Notes: generated from the letters alone by a model not told the origin. 64,000 bases of DNA from Chiloscyllium plagiosum (GCF_004010195.1 NC_057719.1:53846204-53910203), one strand, 5' to 3'; shown: positions 41,005 to 55,274, numbered from the stretch's first letter. Translations and numbers: made by a program.

Positions 41005-43316
41005 CACTGAGTGCCAAAGTACCGCTCCAGACCCCAGATGGTGTCACACTCTGGACCCCGATGCCATTGCCTCTGCGACAGAGCTCTATCCAGAATGTAA
41101 GTTAAAAATACAAACTGAAAAAAAAGAAACAAAAAAGAGAAAAGAGGAAAAACAAAGTAAAGAAAAAAAATGGACAGAGTGGACAAGCCCTGGGCTCAGA
41201 GCCTGGACGCTGCTTACTCCACGTTGTAGTCCTTGAGGTTTTGTGAGCAAAGTGTGCAGTGACAGAGTAGAGTGAGGAGTGGCTCTCAGGATGGGAGGTA
41301 GTAGAAAATATGGTGGGACTTATCCTATGGAGCACAGAAGATTATTGACCACCTCCTGCACTGCTGGGCATCCCACTTCACCCATGACACAGCATTAAGC
41401 TGGGCAGCAATCTGTGTCTACATTAGTGTGTGTGTGATGGTCTGGCCTCCTTTGACAGTCCACAGGGAAAAGGTGTGCCCTCATTTCCACCCTATCCACG
41501 AACCTCTGAATCCCCTTCCAAAAAGTGAGGAGTTAGCTCTCCCTTCTCTGGGTCACAGCCTCAGAGATGACTGTTGAGTGCCACAGTATGAGGGCCAGTT
41601 CCTGGTTTGCAGCATCCGAAGGGGTGCAGAGCTATACTTGATGTATGGAGCCAACAGAGTGAATGCAGGAAGGAGTGTGAGCACATCTGCCTCTGGCTGC
41701 ACAATTTGCATGAGACTGGTCACATAAATCAGTAAGGTTAAAACAAAAGAAACCAATGGTGGACTGGACATGAATCTCACTCAACAAAACATGAACTGAA
41801 AATGGGAAAATTTCACTCATTGTGGTTATAGTCCATGAAGATGATGTGCAGTTTAGAGCGTAAAATTCACCATCATAGATTAGTTAAAGTACCAAACTTA
41901 CTTTTGCTTTATTAAAGACATGTAGGATGACCAGTTTTCAAATATGATGTGCATTATTAATAGTTATTCAAAAATATTCAATATTGCTGAGTCAGATTAT
42001 GCCAGCCTATAAGCTAACTAGTTTTGAAATACTTGCTCAGTGACCTGTACTTAAATTTGTCAAGGGTTTACTAAAAATCATTAGTAGTATTGTACAAACC
42101 TACAGCTATGTAGGCCATCAAATTTCATTCAATAAAAACAATTCCCTATGTAAAAATGAGACAACTGGAAGATTAATTCAGAAATTTCAGGCAATACAGA
42201 AAGTATGTCTGAGAGTAAAAGGTGCAAGGTGCAATTTGTTTCTGAATAGTCAATGTTAATTTTGTGTTTACTTTTAATTCAGTTGGCAGAGAGAAGACAA
42301 CTTCTATTAACAGTCTTTGAATTTAAATTACAGTGAATATTTGGTGCAAAAGAGATGAAATTCATTTTACATGGAACCTTACAGAGGTTTATAAAATACT
42401 GAGCGGCATGGATTGGTTAAATAGACATAGTCTTTTCTTTTGGTTGGGTGAGTCCAGAACTAGAGGGCAAAGTACATCTCCATGATGCAAATAAATTTGA
42501 AAATCATCAGGGCCTCAAGTTAAATCACAAATACATTCACTCAGTAGAATTCTTTGAACATCTAGAATTGTGCCAGACTTGCATTTCAAACCTGATAATG
42601 ACTCAGATTTTAAATAGTTTCAACTGTTGCAAATTCAGCGATACAGTTTGAGCATTAAAACTTGCAAGTGAAAAGTTCCTTCCAATGTAGACATTGACCC
42701 TTTCAGAGAGCACCTTTTCTGCTTTTCAGGTGGAAGGGTCTATCTTAAGAAGAGGTTGTGGATTGGGAGTGGTAGTTGCAAAGGGTTAAAGTTAATAGAA
42801 TCAGAACTGAACGTATTTCACAGCATAATTGGGAGTTGCACACTAGGATCCTGTGGAATCTTTTCTCGTAGTAGACTCTGAAGGAGTTGCCTGGGATATT
42901 GAAGCTCCTATTGGACAATTCCCTTATGCCTGGAACCATCCATTTGAACCCATTTAAAATCTGCAAATTTGGTGGATTAAGTTAAGAAAGTAGTTGCTTA
43001 GCAAAAAAACTACTGAAGTCCTATTCTCACTCCTGAGTAACTATTCAGCTGACTGACCAAATTGGCTTTACACATGTCCAACTATACCATCCCTAAGATC
43101 TGACCAAACGAACCCTCTTCCCTCCACTACAGCTGAATCCCTTCCAATCCACTTCCTCCCAACTCCAGGAATGCTATCCAACCTCACCTATCACTGGGCC
43201 AGATCCTTCCCCATACCACCAAGTCCTCGAACACCCCTTGAATCTGAACCCTCCTTCTCCCACTTGGGGAATATAATGCAGCCTCCCCACCACCACTGTC
43301 ATCTGACAACCCACTC

Positions 43317-45520
43317 TGTGAAATAATTCAACAGCGGCCAGTAACCAGTCACGAAGTCACCCTTTATTTACATGTGTAGTGTCCTTAACACTGATCCAAC
43401 TCTCAAAGTGAACAAATCACTGACATTCCTGTTTATGTCTGTCAGCCAGGGCTCCCTGATTGGGGCTCTTAACCTGGCCCAATCAAGGAACTCATGCTCT
43501 GAGGTCCACCTGGCTGACCTTGTTACCATCATTATATCCCTCCCTTTGAGTCCTAAGACAGAGGCTAGTGGTTCTTCTTTGTAGCTCCTCCTGAGGTGTT
43601 TTCACACTAAGTCAAGTTACACCAAATCTGCCTCTGATACAGGTGATGTGTGATGCACGGTAGTTCACCACTTGTTTGCTGGAACACTTCAGAAGAAATT
43701 CATTCTCCTCTTCAGGCAGAAACATCCACCATGTCATCTCAGGTATCTTCAATGGAGAAGGGAGAACACATGGCTTCTGAAACAGTCAGAAATGCTGTCA
43801 GGGAACTGGGCATATTTTGCTCCACACCATTAATGAGTTTGCAGCTTCCATGTGGTCTAGGTGCTTGTTCAGGACCATCACAACTACACACAATTTAATA
43901 TATCACTGGACTCGACTTTGCATTGACCATGCCTATTACCCATGCAGGGCCATTCCTGTGGTACATATAACAAACTTCATTCTCTGAAGTAAATGGTCTT
44001 TCTCACTTAGTGGAGTCTTGTGTCTGGCATTGGCTTTCCAGACACACTCACACACACACCGCCCCAAAGGTCCAGGGAAGATCAGATTTAATCTGGTGCT
44101 GCGTCTTCTCTCCATTAACAACTCTAGTAGATTAGGGGTGGTCCTACAATCAAATAGGAACCAGGACAGTTTGATATCAAGTGAACCTGTAGGCTGTTTC
44201 TTTAAGGCTGCCTTCAAAGTTTGGACTGCTCTTTTCACCAGACCATTGGATGATGGATGGTATGTCCTTATACGCTGAATACTATTCAACTTTAGGAAAT
44301 ACTCAAAATTCCTTGATGGCGGATGATGGCCCGTTATTGTGATCAAAACTTCTGGGAGTGCCAGTATTAGAAAAACTGCTGGCATCTTTTGCATCATTGT
44401 CACAGTGTTTGATTAATGAATTGTATGCAAGTCCAGCCACTTTGAGTGGGCCTGCACAATGACTAAGAACATCAAGCCATGAATGGACCTGCATAGTTGG
44501 ATTTACTAAAACATTCATATTGAATGTGGGGGAGCTGCTGCTGGTAATTCTTGCCCTTGTTGGCCCTCTGGGCACTGCCCCACCAACACAGCTATGCCTG
44601 TGTCCAATCCTGGCCACCAGACATAACTTCTCACCAAAATCTTCATGTTGGAAACCCCTAGAATACCCAGGCAAAGTTCAGCCAGTGTCTGGCAGCAACC
44701 TTTGCTCAAGACAATCACTCTTACTCCTCATAACAATATGCCATCGTTTACTGTCATCTGGTCTCTCAAAGTCCAAAAAGATTTCAGTTCTGGTCATGAC
44801 AGCCCTTTGGTTTTCCAGTCACCACCAGCTATTTCAGTTTTGCTAGGACCTGATCTTTCTGCATCTAAAGTCTGATGTTGTTAGCTGTGATTGGACGTGT
44901 GTCCAGAAAATTTAAAATAGTTATGGACTTTCCCAGTGGTGGTGTATCTGCCAGCAGGAGGCAGCTCAATGTATCCACATTTGCTACTTGGTCTTCCAGC
45001 TGTTATACATACTTAGAATTATAGCCCACCACTGAATTTGGCCTGAAGTCATGGGTGGCACTGCCTTGTTCTCTTTAAGTAGACGGAGCAGGGGTCTGTT
45101 GTCTGTTATTATTACATATTTATACACACACACACAGACACACACACACACACACATATTGGCAGAACTTCCCGACTCCAAAACTACAACCGCCAAACAT
45201 TCTTTCTCCATCTGGCTGTATTTACACTCTGCATTACCCAAAGTCCTGGTTGCAAACACCATTGGACATCCCTCTCTTTTGGACCACCTGAACTAATACT
45301 ACCTTCATGCCATCTGGGGAGGCATTGTATGTCAATACCCACATCTCACTTGGGATCATAGTGTGGCAACATCTTAAAAGGATGATAACTGTTTCTTCAT
45401 TTTCTTGAAAGCTTGGCAAGGCTGACCCTTTTTAAAGAGTTGCAGAAGAACATACCAGGATGGAGGCCAGGTAATGTACGAACTTTCCATAGTAATTCAT
45501 CAACCCGCCCTCGTTGTCAC
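43317..45520 (-). mobile_element. Second Ty3/Gypsy remnant (RT end, RNase H, integrase, PPT, 3' LTR)
   Basis: GLMNYYGKFV; FATRTLGNAECKYSQMEKECLAVV...ITDNRPLL; RSYVWWPGLD; YHPSSNGLVKRAVQTLK. Polypurine tract at ~43537-43547 next to a ~220 bp LTR at 43317-43536. Confidence 0.85.
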
Positions 45521-46370
45521 TGAAATAACACCACAGGTTGGACCAGACTAACAGTCTCATGAGGTCTGTGAAGTTCACTTGGTTGACCTTATTACAATCA
45601 TTACGCTTTGCTCCTTTCATCACCCACCCCTAACCCTTTACCTGGCCACCATGCCAAATTGTGCCCTGGCACTGTGTGGCACCACACACACCTGACACCC
45701 TTTTCACCTATTTTCCTATTCACTGGCATCCTCAAGCCATACCGAATTGGCACCAGACTTACATAACATCCAGCCCTTACCTACCTGGTAAACATACACA
45801 TATGTATTAACTTAGGTATAAGATTTTAGCAGGGGAGAGTAGCTTATATAAACTCATCCAGAATAAACAATTCTCAAAATACTTCTTGAAGTTTCAAGAG
45901 GTATTAGTTTCAATCTGAGACCACAGCTTATATGCTAAGCACTGGTGTTTTAATTGATTTCTTGTATACTAAACATCAATAAAATTTGTATACATTCTTG
46001 TGTTCTTGATATGCTTTATCACTTTGCTGGATAAGTTTTCACCCCAAGATGTGAAATTTCCAGCAAGGTTCAAAATAAAACAAGAGATCCAGATCTGAAT
46101 AAGTGGTGTCAGTGATTTTGATAATATGCCATTTTAAATAATGATTGAGTATGGTCTATTGGTAGTTTTATGAGCTGCCCTACCTTGGTCAGATGTTCTC
46201 TCTGGCCATCTTAAGTCAATACTTTTAATTTCTTTTTTTGAAAAGAACATTAATCCACAAATGGACCTAGATATTAAAATCAGATGGAGTTTGCAAATTG
46301 ATAGTCCATTTTTACAATAATCAACATTGGCATGAATCTCTTCAGCCAGCTTTGTTCTTACACTCTAAAT

Positions 46371-46645
46371 AAGAACATAAGAAATAGGAGCAGCTGGAGG
46401 CCATCTGGCCCATCAGGGATGCTCCGCCATTCAATAAGGTCAAGCTCCACTCTGCCTCACTTGCCCACCCACTCACCATAACCCTTAATTCCTTTGTTGG
46501 TTAAAAAAAACCTATCTTTGCCTTAAAAGCATTCAACGAGGTCTGGATGTTTCAACTACTTCACTGGGCAGGAACGTCCACAGATTCACAACTCTTTGGG
46601 TGAAGAATTTCCTCTTCAACTCAGTAATAAATCTGCCCCCTAGTT
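46371..46645 (-). mobile_element. CR1 3' end
   Basis: aagaacataagaaataggagcag...cacagattcacaactctttgggtgaagaattt. Confidence 0.75.
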
Positions 46646-47795
46646 TTAGAAGTACTTTACAACAGCTTCTAAGAAATGATTAGTGAAATCATGTGGCATG
46701 CTATGAGTTTACCAAAATGACATATAAATCAAATTCAGAAGCAGAAAGTTTGGTCAATAATAGGTCCATCTGATTTATGACTGAATTACAGAGCATTTCT
46801 CTGTTACATTTTCACTTTAAAAAACATACTTTACCTGGAATTCTAATTTGTTCTACATGAAATATCAGTATAATCTGACATGAGCAAAACTCAGCTTATG
46901 AACTACTGCAAATTGGGTAAAGCTTTCCAATTGAACTCCTACATAACCTATCAGTGATCCTGCATCTTGACTTACTGATGGCATCTTAGCATACTTCTTG
47001 AACTTCATTAGATTGGTACATGGCAAATGTTGGCAGTTAATGAAGTGTGTCCTCAGTGTTTATGTCAGCTGGCAAGACATTACTTGGAATTTAGCCTTGC
47101 ACTGTTGCCTTGCTGAAGCCTCAAATGTAGGCCCACGCTCCAGAATTAATCTCATGTGTACATGCAGACAATTTGTCTCATGCAATGGTTCTCACTCTTG
47201 TTTGAGATTAAGCCATTTGGCAGAAGCAGGCAAGTTAACATTTTTAACTTGAGATGTAAACTGAAGTATTCCTGTGGCAGCAAGAACATCTAGCACTGTT
47301 TAACAGTGTGCTCATAGCCAAATCACTAACATATGACTCAATTAGGCTTCCGACACAATGAATGACACACTGCGCCTTGCGTTTGCTTTTAATCCATTCT
47401 GGATAGCTGTTTCCTGGCATAAAACATTGTAAACGGAAACATGTGCTGTTCACATTGTGATCAGCTTTTAAAGTTTTTAATCAATTCCAAACAGGCTGTC
47501 CGAATTTCAAGGGCTGTCCTCATTTGTCATTACTTGTTGACAAAAATCAATGTAGAACTAAAATTTCCCACATCACTTTACCTTGTAATTATGCTGGAGA
47601 CACAAGGAATGTAAGGATTATCAAAGAAGGATTGTAGAGCTTGAAATCAAAAACAGTGGACAGAGCATTTGATTCAAAACGTTGTAGCTCCTGCAACATA
47701 TCCAAAGCTGGCACTCAATGCCAGTTAGGACTGCTACTGAATCCTTAAGCTGAAATCTAGCAACAAGGAGAGTTGTACTGGGGTCTTGGATAACT

Positions 47796-48246
47796 GCTGA
47801 AAATGTGTTGCTGGGAAAGCGCAGCAGGTCAGGCAGCATCCAAGGAGCAGGAGAATCGATGTTTCGGGCATGAGCCTTTCTTCAGGAATGAGGAAGGTGT
47901 GCCAAGCAGTCTAAGATAAAAGGTAGGGAGGAAGGACTTGGGGGAAGGGCGTTGGAAATGCGATAGGTGGAAGGAGGTTAAGGTGATGGTGATAGGCCGG
48001 AGTGAGGGTGGGGGCGGAGAGGTGAGCAGTGAGAGAGGGACTCGCTGAAATCCTTGTGGAGGAAGAGAGCTTCTTCAAGGAAGGCATCCTTGCAAGAGGA
48101 TTCGCAGTAGGTTAAAATCTTCTGGGAGAAAGTGAGGACTGCAGATGCTGAAGATCAGAGCTGAAAATGTGTTGCTGGAAAAGCGCAGCAGGTCAAGCAG
48201 CATCCAAGGAGCAGGAGAATCGACGTTTCAGGCATGAGCCCTTCTT
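47796..48246 (-). mobile_element. Internally deleted non-autonomous PLE with two direct pLTRs (retrozyme/TRIM-like architecture)
   Basis: Direct repeats at ~47796-47885 and ~48160-48246, with the HHR motif (CUGAAGA variant) complete in the first and 5'-clipped in the second. Between them lie the tail, a candidate ORF start (ATG at 48087, MPSLKKLSSS) and 3'UTR. Flanks are tcttggataac / tcttgataac. Confidence 0.82.
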
Positions 48247-49716
48247 GATAACGGACATCGCTGAACATATGAGAGCAGATTGCTATTTGTGTGATCTTGC
48301 TGTGCCCACTTTAGCTGCTGCATTTTCTATTGTACAATAGACCAAATTTAACTTACTTCCTTCAGCTCTAAAGCATATTACGACAGTCCAAGATTATGAT
48401 AGTAAGTTTTCTTTAATGCAAAATATACGCAGTCAGTCTGATGACAAAAACATACCAACCATAACCATTTTGCTGTTGCTGTTTCTTGCCATCTGCATTT
48501 GAAAGAGATGGGCTCTATCTTGAAGAAAACATCAAACACCAAATTTCATCAAGGCATATCATTCAATGTATCAATTTACTAATCAAGGTTTGGCAAACAT
48601 TTTATTGTGCTAGTCCCTCATCTGAATCTGCTCGACAGATGAATTATTTTCCTCATCTGTGTCATGTCTTAATTTTGATGCCTCTTCACGGATGTGCTTC
48701 TTCCATCAGTGATGTTGTACAATATTTGGGCTTTGATGGATTTGTTTCAGGAAGATTTTCAACTCAATCTAGGTGACAAAATTGTCATTTCTGGATCCTG
48801 AAAGCCTTCCCTTGAACCTGTGTTTTAATACACACAAATCTCCACCACTTAAAATTCTCATGGTTCTAAGTCATTGATAATTTTCATTAAAGTCAAATTT
48901 AAAGTTGTTCTTTACATATTCTTTTATGCTATATTTATTTGAGGCAGAAGTGGCTGTGCCAAAATAAAAAAAAAATCAACAGAAGTAACACCTCAATAAT
49001 GTACAATAATCCCAGCACGCAACATTTTACCCCCTAATTAGCTGTCGGGTTTGTTTAAATGGTTATTTGGTGAAAAGGCTATCTATTACTTAGACTGAGA
49101 TAGATTCACAAATTAAGTTGTCAAGTGCTTGCCTCAAGGTCTATGGGACTCATCATAATTCCCACCTGCACTTAACAGTGTAAAGATGAGCTCCAGCTGT
49201 AAGAAAAATCCAACTTAATGTCACACTTACATTGTAGTTGACATATTGTACAAGGCCATTTCATTTTGCATCAAAGTGAAAGCTGGGCAATGAGTGAAGA
49301 CACACCAGAGTGGGCACAATGACATTCTCCAACAAATCAGAATAAGATCCTGTGGCAGGGAGAGGTGGTGTATTATCATCTACTCAAATTACTTTAGCCA
49401 TCGCTGTGAGATAATTGTGATGTTTTTGCTGCCATTGGGGGGATAAAGTATGATTATATAGAGTGTATAGTAAATTCATTACAGCAGTGGATAGCTAAGT
49501 AATTAGTATCGGAGATGTCATTTGAAGGTGGTATTGAAGTAGCTGTGATCCTTAAATGTCAGTTGTGCTGCGTGACTACAATTCTCTACAACTCGCAGAT
49601 TGTCTCACTATTGCAGTTTAAAAACTGCTCTTCAATATAGTCAGATGACTTTGTTAGAGATGGCATAGTCACCAGGCTGTAGTGCTGGGACTGACCTCCA
49701 AGATAGTTCATAATGT

Positions 49717-50108
49717 CAGCTGTGGCTCAGTTGTATTCTTATTTCTGAATCAGAAGATTGTGGATGCATATTCCTTTCCAGTACATAAATCAAAACAGAC
49801 ACTGGTGCAATACGAGTGGAGCATAGGACAGATGGATATATCGTCGTTTAGATGTGATATTAAACAAAGACTGTAAATGCCTTCTCAGGTGAACCTAAAA
49901 GATCCAATTGCACAACTACAAGGTCAAATTATGTTTGTTGACCTGCCCAATCAACATTGCACAGATTATCCAGTCATAGTGCACTGCTAGTTTTTGGAAG
50001 TTAGCTACCATATTTCAGACGTTATAATAATATCAAGATGTATTGGCTAAAAGGTGTGTTGGTACATGCAAAATAATTTAATGATGCTATATCAGTTGAA
50101 GTCTTTTA
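49717..50108 (+). mobile_element. Ancient DeuSINE-like (SacSINE1/AmnSINE1-type) relic
   Basis: tRNA-like head gctgtggctcagttg; Deu-like core tttagatgtgatattaaac...tctcaggtgaacctaaaagatcc...acagattatccagtcat. Recognised from memory of the consensus, not by alignment. Confidence 0.55.
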
Positions 50109-53100
50109 TTCATCTGTTTGATTTACCCAAAGCTTTTGCATTTGATCCGTTTCATTTGATCCATACTTGTCCTCCAAGTATGGATCTCTGTTTCACCAAA
50201 GGAAGTGAAAATGTAGCATTAGGACACTTACCAAGGCTGCATTAACAGGAGAATGTTCAGCACTATATGTATTAATATGAGATCTAACTAGTGGTTATCA
50301 TATGCAGAGGGTGGTAAGAGAGGAATCTTAGAGCCCTATAGATCCAAGCTCCTATTCCATGTGACTCAACATCATTATGACATAGATCTTTCGCCTTATG
50401 CTAAAGCAGTTTCCTTAAAGTCAAGATATGGTCCTCTTGATATCTCCTAGGTTCTAACCTTAATGCACCATTCATACTTAGGTGCATCGATGGATGCACA
50501 TGCTAAAATGCCATGAATGAAATGCAGTTTGAAGGCTAATTTCATTCAGCTTGTTTAAAACTAAACAATTTCAACAGGACAGTACATGGTATCCCTTGAC
50601 CAACACCATAGAATATGGGAAGAGCATTTGGAGGGGGATGCCATGAAACTAACTTATTCAATTCTGTTCACATTCCCTGGTCTTCAAGAACAGAAAGTTC
50701 CGACTGAGTGAAACATCATATCTCTTGATTCCACGTTCTTGGCATTTGATATAATTTGTAAAAGAACAAAATCATTTTCCACTGGAGAGGTTGACCATTT
50801 CGACAGTGAAATTAGTAACATCTGCAAACAGAAGAACTAGTATGTTTGAATTACAAGTCTGTTGGCAAGTATACAGATGGATCATTTTTAACAGTTGTGC
50901 CCCATTGCCTGCATTGGGAACAAAACCTCCAGCGCATTTAACCATAAACACTTTACTTTTACATCCTCTTTTACCTCCTCTCCCTTCCCACTCAATCTGT
51001 TCTGGCCAAGGTTTCAACCTCCAGCCATATTCGAGTTTTTCTTTAAGACATGTGGGATGGGCATATTCCACGTAGTTCACCTTGGAGGGGCAAAACTTCA
51101 CCAGAATTGGGAATCCAGTTTCTAATAATAAATGAAATAGGAAGTCAACAGCCTTTTTTCCCCTATGATCATGAACTTGAGGATGGACTGGAAAGAGGGC
51201 AAACATCTTTGGGCCCATGGTAAGAATGGCTATTTTCTGTAGTAGTAGAATTGCTACAAATGTTTCCACTGGAGGCTGCTGGATAGAATGAATGTTCTTG
51301 AAAAAAGTGAGGTGCCTATCACAACAAAGAGATGACTTAAGTAGTCGACCTTTCAGGATTCCTTTATCAGGACTGGGATTTTAGGGAGTTTTCCTGAGAT
51401 AGCTTGGTCTTCAGACTTGATGGAAGATTGGACAACAGCTGGCCACACACACACACACATACACACACATTCTGTCACCTCCCTTGTAGTCTCAATCTCA
51501 GAATTTAGGCTGGTGAGATAGAGTTTTATGTTCCACAGCTTCCTCCACATCTCATCCTAACCTGTCTTTTGACGGATTATAAATCATTCTGTAGTTGATC
51601 TTTTCATTAACGAGAGCTTGCTTTTCCAGGATAATCTGTCATAAATGTCGAGCAAGAGAAGGAACTTCTCGGTTAAGAGTTTATTTTTCAGAGGGAAGAT
51701 TAACACTTATAGACTGGAATTGGAACTGAAACTTTCCCTCAGCTAAAAGCAAAAGATTGTCTTCAGGCTCTGAATACTTCAAGAAAACAGAAACATTTTC
51801 TCCCACCAGGGTACTTCTTTGATGTGTGAATTGTGTTAGAACTCTAGCTGTTTCTGCATAGGACTATCAAAAAAGTAGTTGTTAGTTCCTGTTTTCTACC
51901 AACTGCTTTTTTTTTTGTGGACTGTTAACACAACTTCATAAACAGGAAGAGTTGTTAATTCACATTCTACAGCTTTATCTTTCCACTGAATTACCAATGT
52001 TGGCTGATATTGGGGTACGAAACTTGGATGTCTTCCTTTTCAGGTAGATGCTGCAACTGTTCAGTTTCCCTAAGAAACCAATTTGTTTGCAGTTAACAGA
52101 ACTGAAATAGGTTCCTTTTAAATCCAGTGAATTCTAAAATCCTACCAAGAGCCCCTAGTTAAAATATTATTACCAGGGAAGTAATATTGGAATCAGAGCA
52201 AAACAGACATATCACTTGAATTATCTTATTTTGATTTGTTTTCGTTTTATCAGATTAGTCTCTGGCTGAAAATTGCTAAAGATTTTGTATTAAAGAGAAA
52301 ACAGAAATTTATTATTCAAAGAAATAAAGAGAACATTAGATAAACCAAATCATCTATTCATAACACCAATTTAAAGATTTTTATCAGTGCAGCAATAATA
52401 TGAACCCAATAATTCCAAATCACTCCTTTATAAATGGAACAAAAGAAAGCAGTTTCTGTATAGTACCCAGAAAACTACTCATACTATACTTACATCAGAG
52501 TCCCTGGATTCAACACCTCAAGAGCTTTAAGTTTCTCGTAACTGTAATTTTTAGACTAGTACTATAGATAGCTCCTCGAAGGAACTATAATACACCTGAA
52601 CTTCAATGCAGAGCCTTAAACAAGCCCTTCAGGGTTTCTCTCAAAACATTTGGTCTGCAACTAGTACTAACTCTTCACTTTAAGGTAACTTAGTTCACGA
52701 TATATGCTGCAGAAGTGTCTCCAGTCAGTTATTCTATTTGAAGGACTTCATAAGATTGCTCTACTCAAAAGTAAAGTTGAAACCTAAAAATCTCCCTCTC
52801 CAAGATATAGAAATTTCCATTAAGCTTAAAAAAAGTCCCAGAAGTCTCCAACAAACCTCTTATTTACATTGCTGAGTTGCAAAACAATGTAAACTAACAA
52901 AACTCTATCAGTGATACACAAAACCCATTCTCTATAAAACCAGGCATCAAACAAAAACAGCTTTCAAAGAAATCACCACAGCTACAGAAATGCTTACAAA
53001 TTAATTAACTTCAGATGCACAGTAAACCCAAAGATCAGAAATCTAAGCTTACAATAAAAAGTATATAAATCCCATAGTTTACAGTTAATTAAATCCAGAG

Positions 53101-53854
53101 CAGCCTTTGATGCTTAGTGACATGGACATTCATGTGAATCTATAGTTTTAAGTAAGCCACTCAGACCCTCCTGCTCTGTCATTTAAGTAGTTCATTCTAA
53201 TATTATTGTAGTATCAACTCTACTTTCTCGTTTACCCACTGAATCTTTTGACTTCCTTATCAATTAAGAGTCTAACTTAGCTTTAAAATATTCAGTGGGC
53301 CATCCTCTACTTTTCTTTGGAAAAGCTTTTCCGTAGGCCAATGACACTCAAAGAAAATGTTTCATCCTCATTTCCATCTTAATTTGCCCTTAAATCCCCT
53401 TGGATTCATGCCTAGATCAATAGCTCCAATTGATGTACTTTCTGTACTTCCTTATGAATTTTGAGATTCATGTACTGCTCCCTCAGCCAAATCCTTCTGT
53501 AGCCCCAGGTTTTGCAATCTGTTGCCATTTAAGTAATATACTGTGTTCCAACCTTTTTAACTTAAGTGAAGGAGTTCTCATTTTCCCACGTTATTTTTAC
53601 CAATTTTTTTCCCCTCAAATTTTTGACCCATTCAGTTCCCCTTGTAAATGCTTTGGGTAGAATATTTAAGGGGCCTGAATGATGTGGGCTACGGCAAATT
53701 TTGTGGCAGAATAATGCAACAAACCTGATGAAGCCCAGTTTGACATCAGGAGCAATTCATTGCATCTTTCATGCATCTGCCAAGTGATGAGTTACCAATT
53801 ATACCTTATAAAATGCCCTAACAAAAGGCACAACTCATCAACCACCAGTTCTGA

Positions 53855-55113
53855 CGTGCCACAGCAAGGAACCGTAATGACCTCCTCAGGAGACAGACAT
53901 GTGCTGCAACTGACAGGGTACCCTTCGTTGTCCAGTACTTCCCAGGAGCTGAAAAATCACACCATGTTCTTCGTGACCTGCAACACATTATCAATGAGAA
54001 TCAGCACCTCGCCAAGACCTTCCCCACACCTCCACTGCTCGCCTTTAAATAACCGCCAAACCTCAAACAGACCATGGTTCGTAGCAAGCTGCCCGGCTCT
54101 CAGGACAACTCCATACAACCTTGTCACGGTAGGCGCTGCAAGATGCCACAGAGTGTGGACACTGATACCACCATTACACAAGGGGACACCTCCCACCATG
54201 TACGTGGCAAGTACTCTTATGACTCAGCCAACGTTGCCTATCTTATACGTTGCAGGCAAGGGTGCCCTGTGGCATGGTACATTGGGGAAAACCGAGCAAA
54301 GGCTACGACAACAGATGAATGGGCACCGCACAACAATCAACAGACAGGAGTGTTCCCTCCCAGTTGGGGAACACTTCAGCAGTCCAGGACATTCGACCGA
54401 CCATCCTCCAAGGCGGACTTCGGGACAGGCCGAGCAGAGGCTTACAACTAAGTTCCGTACCCATAGGGAAGGCCTCAACTGGGACTTGGGTTCATGTCAC
54501 ACTACAGGTGACCACCATTGCACTATACACACACACACACACACTCTGACACTCACAATCCCCCACCCCAGACACACGTACCCTCTACACTCACATGCAC
54601 TCTCAACCCCCGCTCCCCAGGCAGACAGACACACACAAACCCACACGCACACATATGCATACATATGGGGTGAATATGTACTTACAGAGTTACATTGTAC
54701 TTCACTCAAAAACTGCATGAATCCATGTAAGACTCTTAACTCACTTTTTAGATTAGGATCAGTCTAAACATTATGGCACAGACAGGGAACACAGGGGGCT
54801 AACACCTTCAACACAGTATCTAGCTGACACTAATTGTTACAGTTAACCTGAGAATGCAACTTTTAAAAAGGGTTTTGTGATTTACATATGAAAGAAGTGA
54901 AAATATCATGGTATTCTAACAGATGAAAGTTCAAACAATCAAGGTATTTTTCAATGTATAATTTCAGTTACATCACACTGTTAACTTTTGCTATAAATTC
55001 TGTGCCTTACAATTGTGTCCTCCACAACCACCCGATGAAGGAGCGACGTTCCAAAAGCTAGTGCTTCTAATTAAACCTTTTGGACTATAACATGGTGTTG
55101 TGAGATTTTTAAC
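53855..55113 (+). mobile_element. PLE family 2 3' fragment (RT thumb, Cys linker, GIY-YIG, (CA)n-rich 3'UTR, pLTR)
   Basis: ORF 54074-54451 reads QPCHGRRCK...VAYLIRCRQGCPVAWYIGE, followed by QRLRQQMNGHR...PVGEHF in an adjacent frame. Decayed HHR ccgatgaaggagcgacgttccaaaagctagtg at ~55032-55063. Confidence 0.9.
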
Positions 55114-55274
55114 ATCTCACCCCATTAGCAATCAGCTTTCTATCTTACACAATGTAACAAACAAACTAGACTTTGAATTCTTGACGTAGATTCCAGAGCA
55201 GGTACCAGGAAATTTCAACTTAGCACTTGCTCCAAATGACCTCCATGTTGAACACTGGGCATGAATATCACAGG

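Noticed and set aside
50772..51269. 165-aa minus-strand ORF, and a possible + strand exon at 51048-51219 (AG...GTAAGA)
   Set aside because: No recognisable domain and no partner exons. It cannot be supported without RNA-seq or homology.
51330..53090. Additional LTR-like segments
   Set aside because: Composition is suggestive, but I could not define termini, TSD or PBS.
53760..54767. 335-aa ORF as a host gene
   Set aside because: Mostly an out-of-frame read through PLE family 2 and its (CA)n-rich UTR.
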